From assembly GCA_965649765.1 (NCBI GenBank), contig OZ287749.1, forward strand, positions 64,294,001 to 64,358,000: a stretch of 64,000 bases of DNA, in the 5' to 3' direction. This document shows positions 14,741-29,513 of this stretch, in pieces. The first letter of the stretch is position 1. Every line of letters begins with the position of its first letter. The notes beneath the pieces were generated by a model. The model saw only the letters and a program-made list of their open reading frames with translations. It searched no databases and had not been told where the DNA came from. The translations under genes and the position numbers were made by a program. The stretch comes from Bispira polyomma. Lineage: Eukaryota.

Positions 14741-14993
14741 GGGGCCGCGGTGGCCTAGTGGTTAGCAAGCATTGCGCTTCACAATCACTGGTCTCTCATC
14801 TCTGGGTGGCGTGAGTTCGACTCCCGTCGATGCCTATGTGGGAAAGGTGGTAGTTCCTTACTGTGGGCCGCTGGTTTCAGTGCAGAACATTGATCAACTG
14901 TGTGCAGTGTTTCCTCCAGCGTTTCCAACTACCCGTCCCAATATAACCTAAACAGGTACTAGAGTGGACGTTAAATATCCAAATTTAATTCAA
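14741..14993 (+). mobile_element. Full-length tRNA-derived SINE with 13-bp target-site duplication
   Basis: A box TGGCCTAGTGG, B box GAGTTCGACTCC, tail GAGTGGACGTTAAA; flanked by perfect TCCTCCTTGGAAG at 14728-14740 and 14994-15006. Confidence 0.9.
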
Positions 14994-15349
14994 TCCTCCT
15001 TGGAAGACACACCATCATCTATGGTGGATGGTCTTCAGTTGTGTGAAGAATGATTGTCTTGTTTTTAGTTATTTTCAAGTGTTTTAGTTATGCATTAATT
15101 AATTAATCAATCAATAAGAATTAGAATGCCCTGTATTAAAAAGACAGCAAGTACACAGTGAATATAAAATTTTAACATTTTTACCTGTCCATTATCTGGA
15201 AGAATGTTAAAGGATTTTAAGATGGCGGAACATGAAAAAAAGCCTCAAAACTTTTTGAATGCTGATAACAGTGAAATCTAAGGAAAAGCCATAATAGATG
15301 GTTTGATAATAGAAATAAAGTCCTCATTTGTACTTTTGTTTGCTGAATA

Positions 15350-15856
15350 AGAGAAATTATACAAGACCATACTGACCTCCTTCATTAGTCAGCATATCTT
15401 CATACATTCTGGTATACCTTATAATTTCACTCAATGTATGTAACCAAATTTACCTAACTTTATTGTAGTTCTACGAGTTACTGTACTTTTATGCGGGTAG
15501 TGTAGAAGTTATACAAGATCATATCAATCTCCTACATTGGTCAACATCTCTTTACACATCCTGGTACACCTTAGATTTTCCTAACCAAATTTAACTAACT
15601 TTATTGTAGTTCTACAAGTTACTGTACTTTAGTCTATGGAGTGTAGAGAACATATACAACGTCATCCCAACCTCCTTTATTAATAAGCACATTTTCATAC
15701 ATCCTGGTATACCTTATATTTACCTCAATAGAGAAAACCAAATTGCCTAACTTTATTGTAGTTCTAAAAGTTCCTATACTTTTGTCTGGTGAGTGTAGAG
15801 AACATATACAAGGCCATACCAACCTGCTTCATTAGTCAGCATATCTTCATACATCT
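15350..15856. repeat. Diverged ~150-bp tandem repeat, ~3.3 copies
   Basis: Recurrent CTAACTTTATTGTAGTTCTA and CATACATCCTGGTATACCTTA blocks. Confidence 0.9.
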
Positions 15857-18800
15857 CGTGGCTGTACTGGTAGCCTACGTCCCCGTCTGTCTGCACTGAA
15901 AAGAGCAGCCCGCAGAAAATTAGGGCACCAGTCTCAAAAGCTAGATGAAACACTGTATTGCTTGGGGGAGCTTAAGGAAAATGAGAACCATTTGTGCCAC
16001 CTGTCTTTTTCTTTTAACAATAAAAATAAGCAAGCCATCAACTGTCCCCGAAGCTTATATATATCTATATGTATATCATTGACATTTATCTGTGAATCAC
16101 ATCTTAAAATACTGTATTAGTAATCATTTACACTGGGGATCAGTTTCAGCTAACTGTAAAATTTAATTCCCAGTGAAAATTTAAATTTGTAATGATATTT
16201 TGACTAAAAACTCAACAAAAAGGAAAAAATGAAGGCTAGCGAACGTTGGTGAACATTTTTTCCAGCTCAAATGTCTACTTCTACAGCAAACTGAGATGAC
16301 TTTGAGATGACTTAGAAAAGCTGTAGCCTAAAATCTGACATGATTGGAAGCTTTTGGTTGCTTATTTTGTTTGATCAGCTTTCTCTGTAACTTCTACATA
16401 GGCTAGATGAGGTTTGGATTGTCTGTTGTGTGAAGAATGATTGTCTTCGTGTTTGGTGGTTCTTTTCAAAGTGTTGTTGTCTAAATCCCTTATTACTTCT
16501 AGTAATTTTTTAAAAGTCTTGCTAACTTAATTAATAACAATTACAATACCCATGTCTCAAGTAATGTTTTTTTATCTTATTAAATTGACATTCTAGAACT
16601 TTAATTTAAGAAACACAAGGATATTACCATGAGGTCATATAGTGATGTTTTACATCAACAATATATATCTGACTTGGTCCTGAAAATGAAACAAGTGTCT
16701 GGACTTGGTGATATCTTTGTTAATTTAATTAATAACAACTGGAGTACTCTTGTGTCAAGTAATGTATTTTTGATCTAATGAAAGTGACATTTTTACAACT
16801 TTATTTTTAGAAACAAAACGGAGGATATACAATAAGGATATGTGTTTACATTAGGAAGGTAAAATACCTCATTTGGTCCTTCAAACAAAAGTGATGACTT
16901 GACGTTTGTCTGATTTGATTAGTAGTACAACCACAAAAGTGCATTTAAATTGGTTTTGAAATTTATCCTGGTTGAAGACAGAGAGAAAAAACTAATATGA
17001 AAATAGCAGATGTTTCTTGTTCAAGCTAAATTACAAACATGGGGGAAGAAGGTGGGGGGTGGTTGGAGCAAAATAAGACACATACTCGAATTTTAGCCTT
17101 AATATCTGTCCTTTTTATTACTAATATAGACAATAAAGGTTGCCTATAAAACAGGGTGTTGGGTGAGGAAACCGATCTCATTACTTGGAGAAGCAACAGC
17201 AAAATAAAGAGAAAGGGGGGTCGGGGTGGAAAGACTAAACATCAACTAGGAGGGTTTCAGAACAGGATAATTTCCCATAAACTAATTCAAATAGCATCAA
17301 GGGGTTTTCTATATGTATAGAAGGTCTGATAGCTTGAGTTAATGAGGAAACTCTAACTCTAGTAGATTAGTCTCCAGTATGTTATCTTACAAAGGAATAT
17401 CATATACAATTTAAATAAATTACATTGTCCTTTAATAGTGACAGGTTTTTTTTCTAAAGCATTTAAGTTTACCAAAAAATGTAGACGATGGAACATGTGA
17501 AATATTTAATACATTTTATGTGTGTGTAGTTTCAACAAAAAGAGCTGATTTAGTTGGATGTAAATACTCATCGCCTGAATACTTATCAAGTTACTTTGAA
17601 TGGGAAGTTTATTGTGCTTTACAACTTTTATTAAAGTACTCTCAAAGCACATATGGCATTACTTTCATCATGCTAAATTTAGACCAACTTAATTGTGTCT
17701 TTGAAAAAAGGTGAAAATAAAGACAATGAAACTGATACAGATATTTTGGTGGGGATTTTTCAATTAGTAGAGTATTTAACAACTTAGTAACACCATTAAA
17801 TAGAATGTAGGTGTTTTTTTTTCTTTGTGTACAATATTTCTATCTTCTTTAGTACCAAAGACAAGAAATTGTAATTAATGTCATTACATTTCCCATAAAG
17901 ATATTTTGAACATAGAATGAAGAATATGTTGCAACATTCATAAACTACTTTTACAAAATTCTTACAAGAAAATGTAACACTATATTTTATTCAAAGAGTC
18001 ACTGTATAGTCACTCATGTTAATTCAGATACTACTATTATTACAGCTTTTTAGAAATAGTCATTCTTTAATCTTATTACAATTTACTACAAGAATATACA
18101 CCTGAACCTGTTTAGTTAACATAATAAATCAAAGTTTTATAAGTCAAAGTCTACTTTAATTAATTAATATTACAGCCACACTATTTTCCTGGTTTTATAG
18201 ATAAATGGTTTTACCTGCTAAAATACCAGTCTTGATTCCTATAATGAGAAAGTCCAATATAATTACTATTATACTCTTTAGATAATCCATATCTGACATA
18301 AAAATGATCTTGCAGGCACACACTGATATAACTCATGTATATATATATATCCCTGGAGTTAATAAAATTATCAAATTTTACTTATAAATTATTCCTGTTA
18401 TTTATCATTATTTCAGTAGAGGTAGATATTTCCAGTTCATTTCCAATTTTTTTTTTTTTTTTTTTTTTGGGGGGGGGTATTTTTAAACAATTACCCTACA
18501 ATACAATTATAAAATGCACAGTAATGAAGTTTCATTTATATATTCAACTTTGTCCAAAACTGACTTCCTCGTCATAGTAAATTTGTTTTTACAAGAATCT
18601 CTATCCAAGTGTAAACACCCTGCCTCACAAATGTTATCTGCATTCTGATTCGTTCTGTCTCTCTCTCTCTCTCTCTGTAACTATATAAGGACGTCCATCT
18701 CTGATACATCATCTGATATATAAACTTCTGTGTGTGAGCATCAGGTTATTCAATGTGAATACTTTATATTAATAATAACTACAACCCTAATTCCATTTTA

Positions 18801-21800
18801 ACTGCATATACAAAGCAAATGTACACACTTTTAGCCGCAGAAAGCAGTGTTTTTTAAAGCGAGGCTGTTCTTTGCTTTAAAATGTCAGTACCAGAATTTT
18901 TAGCTAGGAGTGTCAACATTACCTAGAGGAAAAAGGTTTGGTCTAGGCCAGCATTTGGCGGTGAATTCTTTATGGAAATAGGATTGGGAGAGGAGGGGTG
19001 TGGGGGGGGGAGGATGGTAAGAGAAGGGGGTGAGGGGGGAGGCTGGAGGTTTTGTGTAGCAAATAAAGGGGTCCTTGACAGTAAAGATGAGATCAAAAAT
19101 ATCACTTGTGAAGGATTGTCTCCTTAATTCTGCTGGAGGCTATATGTATAAGAATTATCCTCCAAAAAAGATGGAACAACTAAAGCTACAATCTACCTTA
19201 CTGCTATATATTATTTTTATTTGGTTTTAGGTATTTAGCAATTGTTGGCATTTCAGTGGCTGTAACCCCCAAATAGAAATACCTGGACTGATGTTTTCAA
19301 AATTTAAGATTATTAGTCTTCCTTTTTAGTCTCAAGCAATATGATTGACTGAGAATATTTTTTTAAGATTCTGATTCTTTACTAGGCATTAATTGTGGCT
19401 TAATTTAGTTAATGAGCTGGGACAATAAAAAAAACAACCTCCAGTGATAATTTCATCTGTTATTGATGTGTTTATTTGAACTAACAAAATCACCAGAAGT
19501 AGAAAATATTGATTTAGTGAACATAACACACTTATCTAGCTAGAATAGAGAATAAAATGTAACCTTGTATGGGTATTTAATTCTGATTGCTGCTTAAACA
19601 TAACTGGTTACCAGTCTAAATTATTATAGTCACCCTTAAAAGACTGCCACATTGTCTACACTTCAAATGCGCACGAATTTGATCTTGAGTTTAGTGTTTA
19701 GAATACCAGTCAAGGATTTCAGCAAAGAGATTTGAAAGTTCAATATAAAATGGTTTTAGATGCCCTGTGTGTGTAACAACAGTTGCCTGGCCTTGATACC
19801 TGGATTTGCTTAAAGGTACAAAGCTAGGTAATCAGTTTCTTCGCATTAGTTACTCTAAGCTGTATGTAGGATGAGAAAAACAGCTGTAAGGGTGATATTA
19901 AAATGGCGATAATAACCTTAGAGGGGTAGAATGGGATGTGTGGGTGGGGGGTGGGGGGTGGGGGGGGGATGGAGGGAGCTGCAAAATCTGACATTTGATA
20001 GGGTGGTTGACTTCTCGTACTGGTTTAGCATTTATTTTTTATGCTTTAGTAACATCATATATATATATAGAATAAGAACCCTGAAATTGACCACTATTTA
20101 CATGATTTGGACACATTTAGTTGCATTATGAAGTCACAACTGTATGTATTTTGGTCATATTTTGATACAGTACTGCACAAACACTATTGAATATATATAT
20201 TCTACTTATCAGCTGCTGCTCATATAGGAACAAGTAGGCAAAACTCTCTCCAATATAATATTTGCTATTTCAACATTAGAATTACAAAATAAGTATATTT
20301 CTCCAGAAAAAAAGACAATGATAACATAGGAAATTAAAATATGTTTTAACTTGTGTAATAGAAGTGCATTAAACTGTACTATTATGGCAAATCTAAATAT
20401 TGTGTATGTTGTAAGCCATAGCAAAATTTATGTACTTTACTACAAAAGTCAAATATGTGTCATTATGTAATCTTGATCATAGTTATAATTAAAACTGCTT
20501 ATTTATTTCAGTTGAAGATACAGTAGTTTCAGGACATAATACAAAAAAATGTTTTAAATATTTTAGTTTTAAAAATATATTCTGTGACTGTTTTTTTTTT
20601 TTTTTTTAAACTACAAAATACCAATCTAATACAGTATAATATAAGTGCAGTTGAATATACACATACTTTGGATATTTTAGTTTAAAAATGAATAAAAACT
20701 AGTATAAGGGCACACATTTAATTAATTTGTTTTTTGATTTGTCGACTTAGTATCTTGATAAATCAACTTACGTAAGACGTTTATCGAGATAGTATAGATT
20801 TCACTGGAAATCTGCAAATTTCAGATAAGTTGCCAATTTCAGATACGTGGCCAATTTCAGGTTTCTTATTCTCAGTACAGTTAATACTTGTAATTTATAC
20901 TAAAAGTACCAGACTTATACAGCCAGTATACTGTTTTGGGGCAACATAGTTCCGTGAGCCATTATAGGACACGAGGCTTCCGGACTACAAATAATTTCTC
21001 CTTAGTTTTTTGCCACATCATGCCATGTAAATTTCCATATATATCAGAACTTAAGTTGTGAGGATGGGGCATATTTGTATATTTCATAGGGTTAAGAGTA
21101 CTGTGTGGCTTATAAGAGATTGCAAAATATAAATTGAGCTTAAAGTCATTTGTTTGCAAGTTAACAGCTTGGTTTTAATCAAAATGAGAATTATATATCA
21201 TTACAACTGAAATGTATGGTAAAAAAAACAAATGTAAACAATTTAAAGCCTCTCCTCTTCTCCTTTTGGATCTTTTGAGATTGCAATTATGGTAACTAAA
21301 TATTACCTATATTTACAGTCTAGTTTAAGGAGCAAATCTCTGCCATACTTTGGGTGCTAATTCTGGTCACAGAAAGAGGAGAGAAAAGTACAAAGAGCAG
21401 ATATAATACCCCGGTTATTGGAAATAAACTGTCCAAGCCTGTCACTGTTTAGTGCTATTTGATTTCTCTAGCTTTTTGTTGTCATTGCTCAGCATTTGCA
21501 GGACCTACACTCATCGATAGAAAGCATAGGGCAGCAGCAAAAAGATGGAATATTTTTTTGTAAACTATAGTAAAGATACTATTAAGGTGCTGTACTAACT
21601 AATAGTTATACTTAGTGTAAAATAACTGTTATTTCTTTGTCATTACAAAGTGTCAATTACCTGCACTAAGTATCTGTCATTTTTCTGAGCTCCAAAAGTA
21701 GTAATTAGCTGCACTAATTTTATTTATTTAACATAACTGTATACCCATTAGCCCACATTGGCAGATAAGCGGTATCAATGCTGTGTCTACAGTAAAACTG

Positions 21801-24800
21801 AATGTTAAATTCTAGAAAACCATCACAGCTTCCATTAAAGTATTCTAGTATAAAGCAGTGTTCTTGCCTTTGAATACAATTATACGTGGTTATGAAACTT
21901 ATGATGGTGCAAAATATGTTTAGAGTTAGACTGGATAATTTCAATTTACCATTTCATTTTTTGTCAGAAAACTATTCTTGTCATATCAGCTTCCAATTTG
22001 TATATGTAGCAAACACCCTACCCATCTCTGTATAACTGTATCTTTTTTAATACAAAATAAATTAGGTAAGCCTTAATCCTTATATCATCTTTTACAGGAA
22101 GGTCAGGAAGCACAGTTAAACACTTTTGAAAGGGGAAGGTGGCAGATCTCATGAGAAATTATTCGGCATTTGCAGCCTACATTTGAAGCCTATATATATA
22201 TTTTTTTTATCAAATAACGATCGGTGTACATGTCCCCTACATATCAATTAAATTAAATGGTGAATACTCCCCAAAAATCACCCAAAAAATCCCCTTCTGA
22301 ATATATTGAAGCACAACCTATTAAATAAAACCATGTATTCCAATAATCCTGCTACACAGAAAATCAAGATATAGAGGAACTTTAAACCCAAAATAAACTA
22401 ATAAGCTGTCAGGATTTGTTTATTGAAGTTTAATAAATATGGATGGTTGAAGGTTATCACTCCATCCTGGAGTAATGAAGATGTATGCATAATCATTTCA
22501 CGAACATTCACACCAAGCAAATTGCAAGGCATCTGTGCTGAAATGTCATGTATTGCCTGCTCTGGCAAATTGTCAAGTTGCATTTTTTTATAATCGAAAA
22601 ACCCATGAGGAAACACTTTTGGGCTTGAGGTTTTTCGTGCTTTAAGACTATTAAATGTCTCCTTTAGCTGGCCACTTACAACCATTGATGTTCATTTTAA
22701 ATGACTGACCTTTTGCTTCTACTTTTTCTAGTTAAACAAAAACTTAGCTTTTTTTCTACCAGAGTTTAAACCCCTTGCAAGCAGCCAAAAAGAAAAAAGA
22801 AAAAAAAATTCTGCGTCACACATGGAAATATCCTCAGGATCTTCACTACTTTAAGCCTTGTCATATGAAAAATGGCAAAATATGAAAACATATATACGTA
22901 TGTATCTTCCATATTGATATAATTTTGGTGTTGCTAGGCTGAAGTGTGTTTTAGCATCGCTCCCTGCCTAGTCTGCTGAGGAGAGGGGCAGTTGTGTTTA
23001 GGGGGCACATTTTATTGGTTTTACTGTAATGTGGAAACCATGTGAAGTAGGCATTTTTATATTAACCCCCATCCGTCATGAACTTTACACACAGTATGGG
23101 TTTCTTAAGGGGCTAGGGGACATGTTTCCAGACACTCTAACTAGTATGTAAGTTAGCCCTAACTAATTGATGATTCTTAATTGGATGGTGGCAGGTTAAA
23201 ATTACCTCATTAATGTTGTCGGGGGGGTGGGGGGGTGGAGGGGGGCTGTATTTTACACGTTTGAATTTAGTCATTGGTTTTTTGTTGTTGTGTTGTTGTG
23301 TCTATTTCTTCACAAAACCTTTTTGGTAAACATTTATAGATTAAAGATAACCTGTGATGTCTGGAACAAAACTGTTGCTTCACATTGTATGAAAGAATGT
23401 CTTAGCAATGCCCAGATATTTCCAACAGCCTTATGGCCCATTCACATTGCAACGAATCCATATTTATCAAAGAATTCGGCAATATACACAAAGCCGAAAA
23501 AATCTTATATTTTAGATGGTGTTGTTCTATTTCTTAGCTGCAGAGGAGTGTATATGAAGATTCAAGTTGAATCCTTCCTAAAACTGTGCATATTTTTGGT
23601 CATCCCTTTTCTGCCAATATTTATTATTATGAAAAGATCGTTTTGCAAAATGTTCAACATAGTAGCCAGTAAGCGAATTCATGTAATCCGCTTATGGATT
23701 TCTGACTTATTAGAACCACTGTATGACCATAGTCAGGGTATTCGTTTGGATTCTTCATCATTCTTGCCCTTCCTTCACAAAATAAAAAAAATAAAAACAA
23801 CACACTGCCCCCCCCCCCCCCCCCCCCCCCAATATTGTGTTAAAAAGCAAAGAAAGTTAGCTCTGATTGTATAGTCTCCCTGTTGAGCTTAGATCACTGG
23901 AAAAAACTTTTTGGGTTTAGGAAAAAACTCAAAAGCTATCTCTTCAAACTCATTTACGCTGTTTTATTTCTTTCCTGTACACCCCCACATCCTTTCTTAT
24001 GACTATGGCTATATTTTAAGGGGATTGGTAAATTGATTCTGTCGTTGCGCTTTAGAGTAAATGAATAAGATGAGTTAAAAATGAAAAATACAATATTTTA
24101 CATGTTCTTAACACATCATTATCATCAATAAATGTGCAGCAAACATGCGTATTTTTAATATAAATGTCCTTTAAACATACCTAACTAAAGATCATCTGGT
24201 AATTTGAACAGATTGACATTAAGTTTGCGATAACATTGTGGTTAATATCCTTATGTTTGGGTCCCACTTTTACGATTTGGAAAAGAGACTCTGGTGCGAA
24301 CGCTCTGAGAAGCCGGTTGCATGTATTCACCCGTGGTCGAGTTTAGAAGGAGTTAACATCACCTAGGATGCTAACGAGGCCACAAAGGGCAGAATTTAGC
24401 GACTTTGGGATACACATGTATCACATGAGTGGGGTGAACTATTGCACTAATTTAGTTTTAAACTAAATAGTGGACGAACGCTAAAAATCTAGTGCAACCA
24501 GTGCCGACCAATGTGCTTTGCATGAATCACCCCAATGTTGCTAGTTTAGGTCATGAAAGTGGGATGCCACCTTTAACCCCTACCTTACTACAACTTTACT
24601 AAAACCTTAGTTCCTCGAACATCAGCACCTGATCCTTAATATATCCTTGTGTGGGAGAGTGGGCCTACATCAAATTTGACTACTGATACTAATTTGAACA
24701 AAGATAATTATCAATGAAGTAAAAGCTTATATAATGTAGGAAGGCTCATGTTTCTTGGAAAATGTCATTCGTATTCTAAATAATTTAAAATCAATACAGT

Positions 24801-26511
24801 AAGTGTGGTAATTTCTGAGACTGAATGGTCATGCTAAGGTTCTAAATTTAAAATATGTCCTGTAAACATTTGATTCAGAATAATGTACTCGTTGCAAGAC
24901 ATTTTGGTAGCGGCTACTCACATGAGTACGTTAGGCTGAATCAAATGTACAAAAATATAGAAATGTAACAATTTAACTAAAAAAAAAGATGGCTATGTCA
25001 TAAATGCTACAGAACAATTACTGTTTTATTCAAGTTTATTTTCATTAATTATCTCTGTTTTCCAGCAAAATCTATAAAAGTTGTTAACATTAAAACTATC
25101 AAACAAAGCAGTAACTAGATTGCATATATCTAACATTATTTAATTATTTTACAGTTTTTGTATTAGTTTTAAATAAATGCAATTCTAGAGCATCATCCTG
25201 CACACGCTAGCCTTTGCTTAAACCTTTTTTTATATTTTTCACCTGCATATAAGAACTACCTATCCACATCGACAAGTATGCCACACTTACATAGCAAATA
25301 TCCTTTAATACAGTATCAATTTTTTACAATCGAACTGATTTTATCGCCAATGGGTATTTCGAAATAATAATAACTTAAGAAAAGATAAAAATCTAAAAAC
25401 AAAATTAAATTATGGTAATTCATATTAGGTACTACAGATATATTTTACTTTTTTAAAGAAAGCTACATTTTTTTCCTTAATACAACAAACATTTTTTCCT
25501 TGATACCAGAATTACTAACACTTTAATGTCTCTCTGGCGACGGCAACGTGAGACTATAATGCATTAGATCAGAACACAAGAGTTATCAAAAACACAATGT
25601 CCTTTTCTATCTCAACTTCTTGTATCTAAAATGCACTAATTTAAGACACTTCTTGACAGAAAACACTTCAACAAGCAGTGTGCACTTGTATCGTATACTT
25701 CATTGGTATATAAATCTGTGGGTTTTATTCTGCTAATCTGAAAGGCATAAAAATTTTATATGACTCAATAGAAAATAGGTGTCATATCTAGTAATGTAAA
25801 TATATTAACTCAAACACACTAATGCATTAAATTCTCAAAGTTTACAACAACCAATTCTGGCTGAGAGATAAAAAAAATTGTAACGTGTAAATATTTAAAA
25901 AAAGAGTTATTGATAATCTTCTTTATCACAGTCATAAATCATTGCTACATAGGGTTATTGAGAGAGTAAATTGAGATTCAAGGCTTTTATAAATGTAGTT
26001 TATGTCAGTATTGGAGACAAGCTATCTCATAGCTTCTCATTGAAACCTACCCTATTTCACTACATTTTCACAACTTCTTACAGTATCAAACTATCAAATC
26101 AATACATAACACCAAAGGGATATATTTATATTTGTGATAATTAATTATTATCTGAACTTTTTCGTTCAGATAATAGAAGTTGCATAAAAGAGAGAAGTAG
26201 TATTTTAGTATAAAACAACAGGAACATGTAAAGTTGGGAGAGCAGAAACGTGTGTTCATAAAATTGAATGTTCAGTAATTAGAGGTTTGCCTGTATTTAT
26301 AAACCTATTGTCAGGACAAATTAGAGTGTTTTAACAAAACCAACTGAAAGTTAACTGATAAATGTTATAGTAAATAAACATATTAAATAAACATTTTCAG
26401 ACAATAGAAAGTTTACAAACAGAGAAAGGACAATTATAAAAATCAAATAATAAATTTAAAAAAATTATAGTTATGGGAAAGTAGACATGACGTCAAGACA
26501 ATAGAGTTTTT

Positions 26512-27230
26512 TTTAACCTCACCCTTTGGGAGAGGGTATTGTTTTCGGCCTGTGTGTATGTGTGTGGGTGTCTGTGTGTTTGTGTGTACAAACCATTATT
26601 ACACAAAATCTACTGTATCAAATGCATTAAAATTTCCAGATATGTTTTAAAACGGGGACCTCTACATTTTCGCAAAATTTCATATAAATCGGTTGTGAAC
26701 TATAGCTTTAAGACGAGATTTCCCTTTTTATATACAAAACTACAAATCCAGTGTCCCCAAATGACGAAAACGGCAATCTAGCACTAAATCTATCACTACA
26801 CTTACTAGTATACACAATGTAATATATGGAGTATATCAGCCAGAAATTGCCCATTTTAAAATGGTGTTTATATTCAACATAATAACTCTAACTTCATATT
26901 TTAAAATTAAGTACATGCAATAAAATGAGCTATTTCTGACTGCTATACTCCATATATTAACCACAATCGCCGACTTGCTAATCCGAGCTTGAATTCAACA
27001 CATACACTAAAATGGCAATAAATACAAATTTGTAATAAAAAATTAAATGGAAATGGTGTGTATATTAAACATAATAACCCTAACTTCATATTTTAAAGTA
27101 AAGTACACCTTACATTACAATGCCGTTTCTGGCTGATTTACTCCATACATTTACCCCAATCGCCGATTTGTGAGTCCGTGATTAAAGTCCCGGACAAGGT
27201 TTTGCAGTCTCCGACTACTATCTTCTTGTT
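26512..27230 (+). mobile_element. Helentron-associated non-autonomous element (HINE/DINE-1-like)
   Basis: T-run insertion site, 5' TAACCTCACCC..GAGAGGGTATTGTTTTC, (TG)-rich microsatellite, internal ~190-bp tandem duplication, 3' AGTC-TCC-GACT hairpin before CTTGTT. Confidence 0.6.
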
Positions 27231-27945
27231 TTTAAATATTTCTATTTGTATTATTTCACCTATGTCATTCCTGCTATATGTCAACATGTATTATTCAGAT
27301 AGTTGGACTGAATATGTTTATTAGCCCCATGAACCTATTAGCAGCATTAACCTTGGTATAATATTGAAACTGACATCTATATGCAAATAGACAATTCCCC
27401 AGGGACATTATATTACCTGAGTATGTTAGTTACAGTCGCTTAAGTGTTCCCAAGGATCTAATCCAACTGAGATGCCCTTCTATGTCTGAGTTAATTAACA
27501 GCATTTCTTTTCAGGAAATTAAGTGCAGATTGTATTTTATTTTACATTTTTAATGCACCTTATTGAAATGAGGCATCTTTTAAAGCGAAAAAATAGAATC
27601 AATTAATCAATTGAGACGTTAAAAAACAGAACCATGTCAAAAGGAAGAATGTGGGGGTGTATAAAGGAACTAAGGGGGTCTAAACGGGTTTAAAGGGATA
27701 GGTTTTAAGTTTTCTCCTAAAAACAGAAAGTGTTTTGAATGATCTAACCTCAACTGGGAGACTATTGCACAACATAGGGGCAGCAATTGAGAAAGTTCTA
27801 GACCCAGCCTTCTCGGTTAACAGAGGACACAGAAAGTCTCTTTTCTCTCATGAGTTTACTTGAAGAAAGATGAGTAGCAAGGTAAGCGGTATGTTGAGAG
27901 ACAACATCTTTGAAAGTATTCATCTCTCTACCTCAGACCATTATA

Positions 27946-28150
27946 GTGTATAGCACGAACACATAAGGGTTCTGATAATTCAGTTCAATAGTTAGCTTAT
28001 ACCTTAACCCCTAGGGAATGAACCTGACACTAAAACTTCAGGAGCATTTACAAATCAATAACCAATCACATTTATTCCACCAATTGCTAGAGCACAATTC
28101 CCAATTGGGGGGTCATTCATATTGAGACCACATCACATGAAGGAGCACAA
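27946..28150 (+). repeat. Split direct repeat A1
   Basis: Matches 33734-33939 with ~8 substitutions and one homopolymer indel by my manual count. Confidence 0.95.
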
Positions 28151-28259
28151 GTGTGGCAAAATCAAGCTTTTAGGCAGCCATTTTACACAGGATTTTACAT
28201 TTTTAGTCTTTATCTATTTGTGTTTTATATTTTTTAATTGTGCAACAAGTGTTAATACT

Positions 28260-29513
28260 ATGGGACGTTCAAGAAAAACACCATCTGCAGGATCAAAGCC
28301 AGCTAAAGTCAAGAAAACCACAGCGAAGGAAAAAAAGACTACAATTCAGGATCAGGTAAATGGGAGTTTTATATCCGATTTACCCTTCCCCTTGGGTCAA
28401 ACAACACCCCAGAATAGATCAAGTTCAGCCGGATCTGAGTTTAACCAGTATGCAGGCTCCAATCCCATTCACACGGATGTCGGGCAGATCCACACTAATC
28501 AACCACTCGGGTCACTTGCTACTACTACAAACGTGCCGGCAGGTGATACAGCACAAATGATGGAAATCTTGAGGAGATTGGAGCAGTCCAACGCGGACTT
28601 AGCCCGGCGCCTCCACAGGGTGGAATCTCGAGAGTCTCAGAATACTATTCCACGCTCTTACTTCCAGCAGTACCTAACACCGGGGCCACGGGGGGTCACA
28701 TCCCACGTACTCAGCCATTACATACAGTACAGGACTCGCTAGTTCTCCCAAGGGCCACCAACGTTCATGACTATGCCAGAGACGGAATCGTCCCAGGGGT
28801 GGATGCGCTTAAGGCACTACCATATGTACAAGCCATTGTAAATCAACGGATCTCGGAGTATGAAGCTCATGCTCACAGCATCTTCCACCAAGGTAAGCTC
28901 CCCCCCCCCCCCCACTACTCGTCCAAAGTCGGGCCGTTTTAACTATACAGATATTGCATCATCAGACCCTAAGCTTCGTTGGCCTAATGAGGGTTTCGCA
29001 GGGGGAGCTTCTAGAAAGAGACCAGGTTTTGACGACCTAATTTTACCACAGTGGGCGGCAGAGCATCTTTCCAACGCTATGCAGGTTTCGGATCCACTAA
29101 TATTCAGAGAAATGGTACACCAGCTAGTGCTTTCACTTTGCAACGCTTCATCATTACCATGGGAAGTGGTAAGGTCGGCATGGGGCCAGAACATGCATGA
29201 AGTAGAAGAGGGTCGTCTCAGGTGGGACAACACCATGCAATGGTCGCTGAATTGGCTTAGTTTGTCCCAGATGGCCATGGCGACTTCTAACACATCAGGC
29301 AAGCATAACTCAACGGACGGTAAATCCTCAAAAATGATTTGTAAACTCTTCAACAGCGGCAAGTGCTCGCATAATTCTGACCACGGCACATACCGGCATG
29401 TGTGTTGGCATTGTGCCACAGTACTACATAAAGACAGCCAACATCCAGAATTTAAGTGCTATCGTTCCAATTCGTCCAAACAAACCGATAGTAGGACTCC
29501 ACATAACAGCTAG
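28260..29513 (+). pseudogene. gag: Ngaro ORF1, Gag-like protein with C-terminal Cys/His zinc finger; two compensating frameshifts
   Basis: ATG 28260 MGRSRKTP...; coiled-coil-like MMEILRRLEQSNADLARRL; the plausible frame shifts to DGIVPGVDALKALPYVQAIVNQRISEYE..QGK and returns at the C14 run 28900-28913 into KSGRFN..WP..; ends with CKLFNSGKC..HVCWHC..H...C finger, TAG 29511-29513. Confidence 0.85.

Noticed and set aside
14741-14830. tRNA-like A/B boxes (also 57.1 and 61.1 kb)
   Set aside because: No full cloverleaf; they continue into SINE bodies with tails/TSD
18980-19980. G-rich tracts with G-quadruplex potential
   Set aside because: Poly-G/C tracts are scattered throughout the window; nothing marks these as special
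23227-23874. 215-aa ORF
   Set aside because: GTG start in a G-run, poly-C-derived prolines, no recognisable domain or splice context; probably a chance ORF
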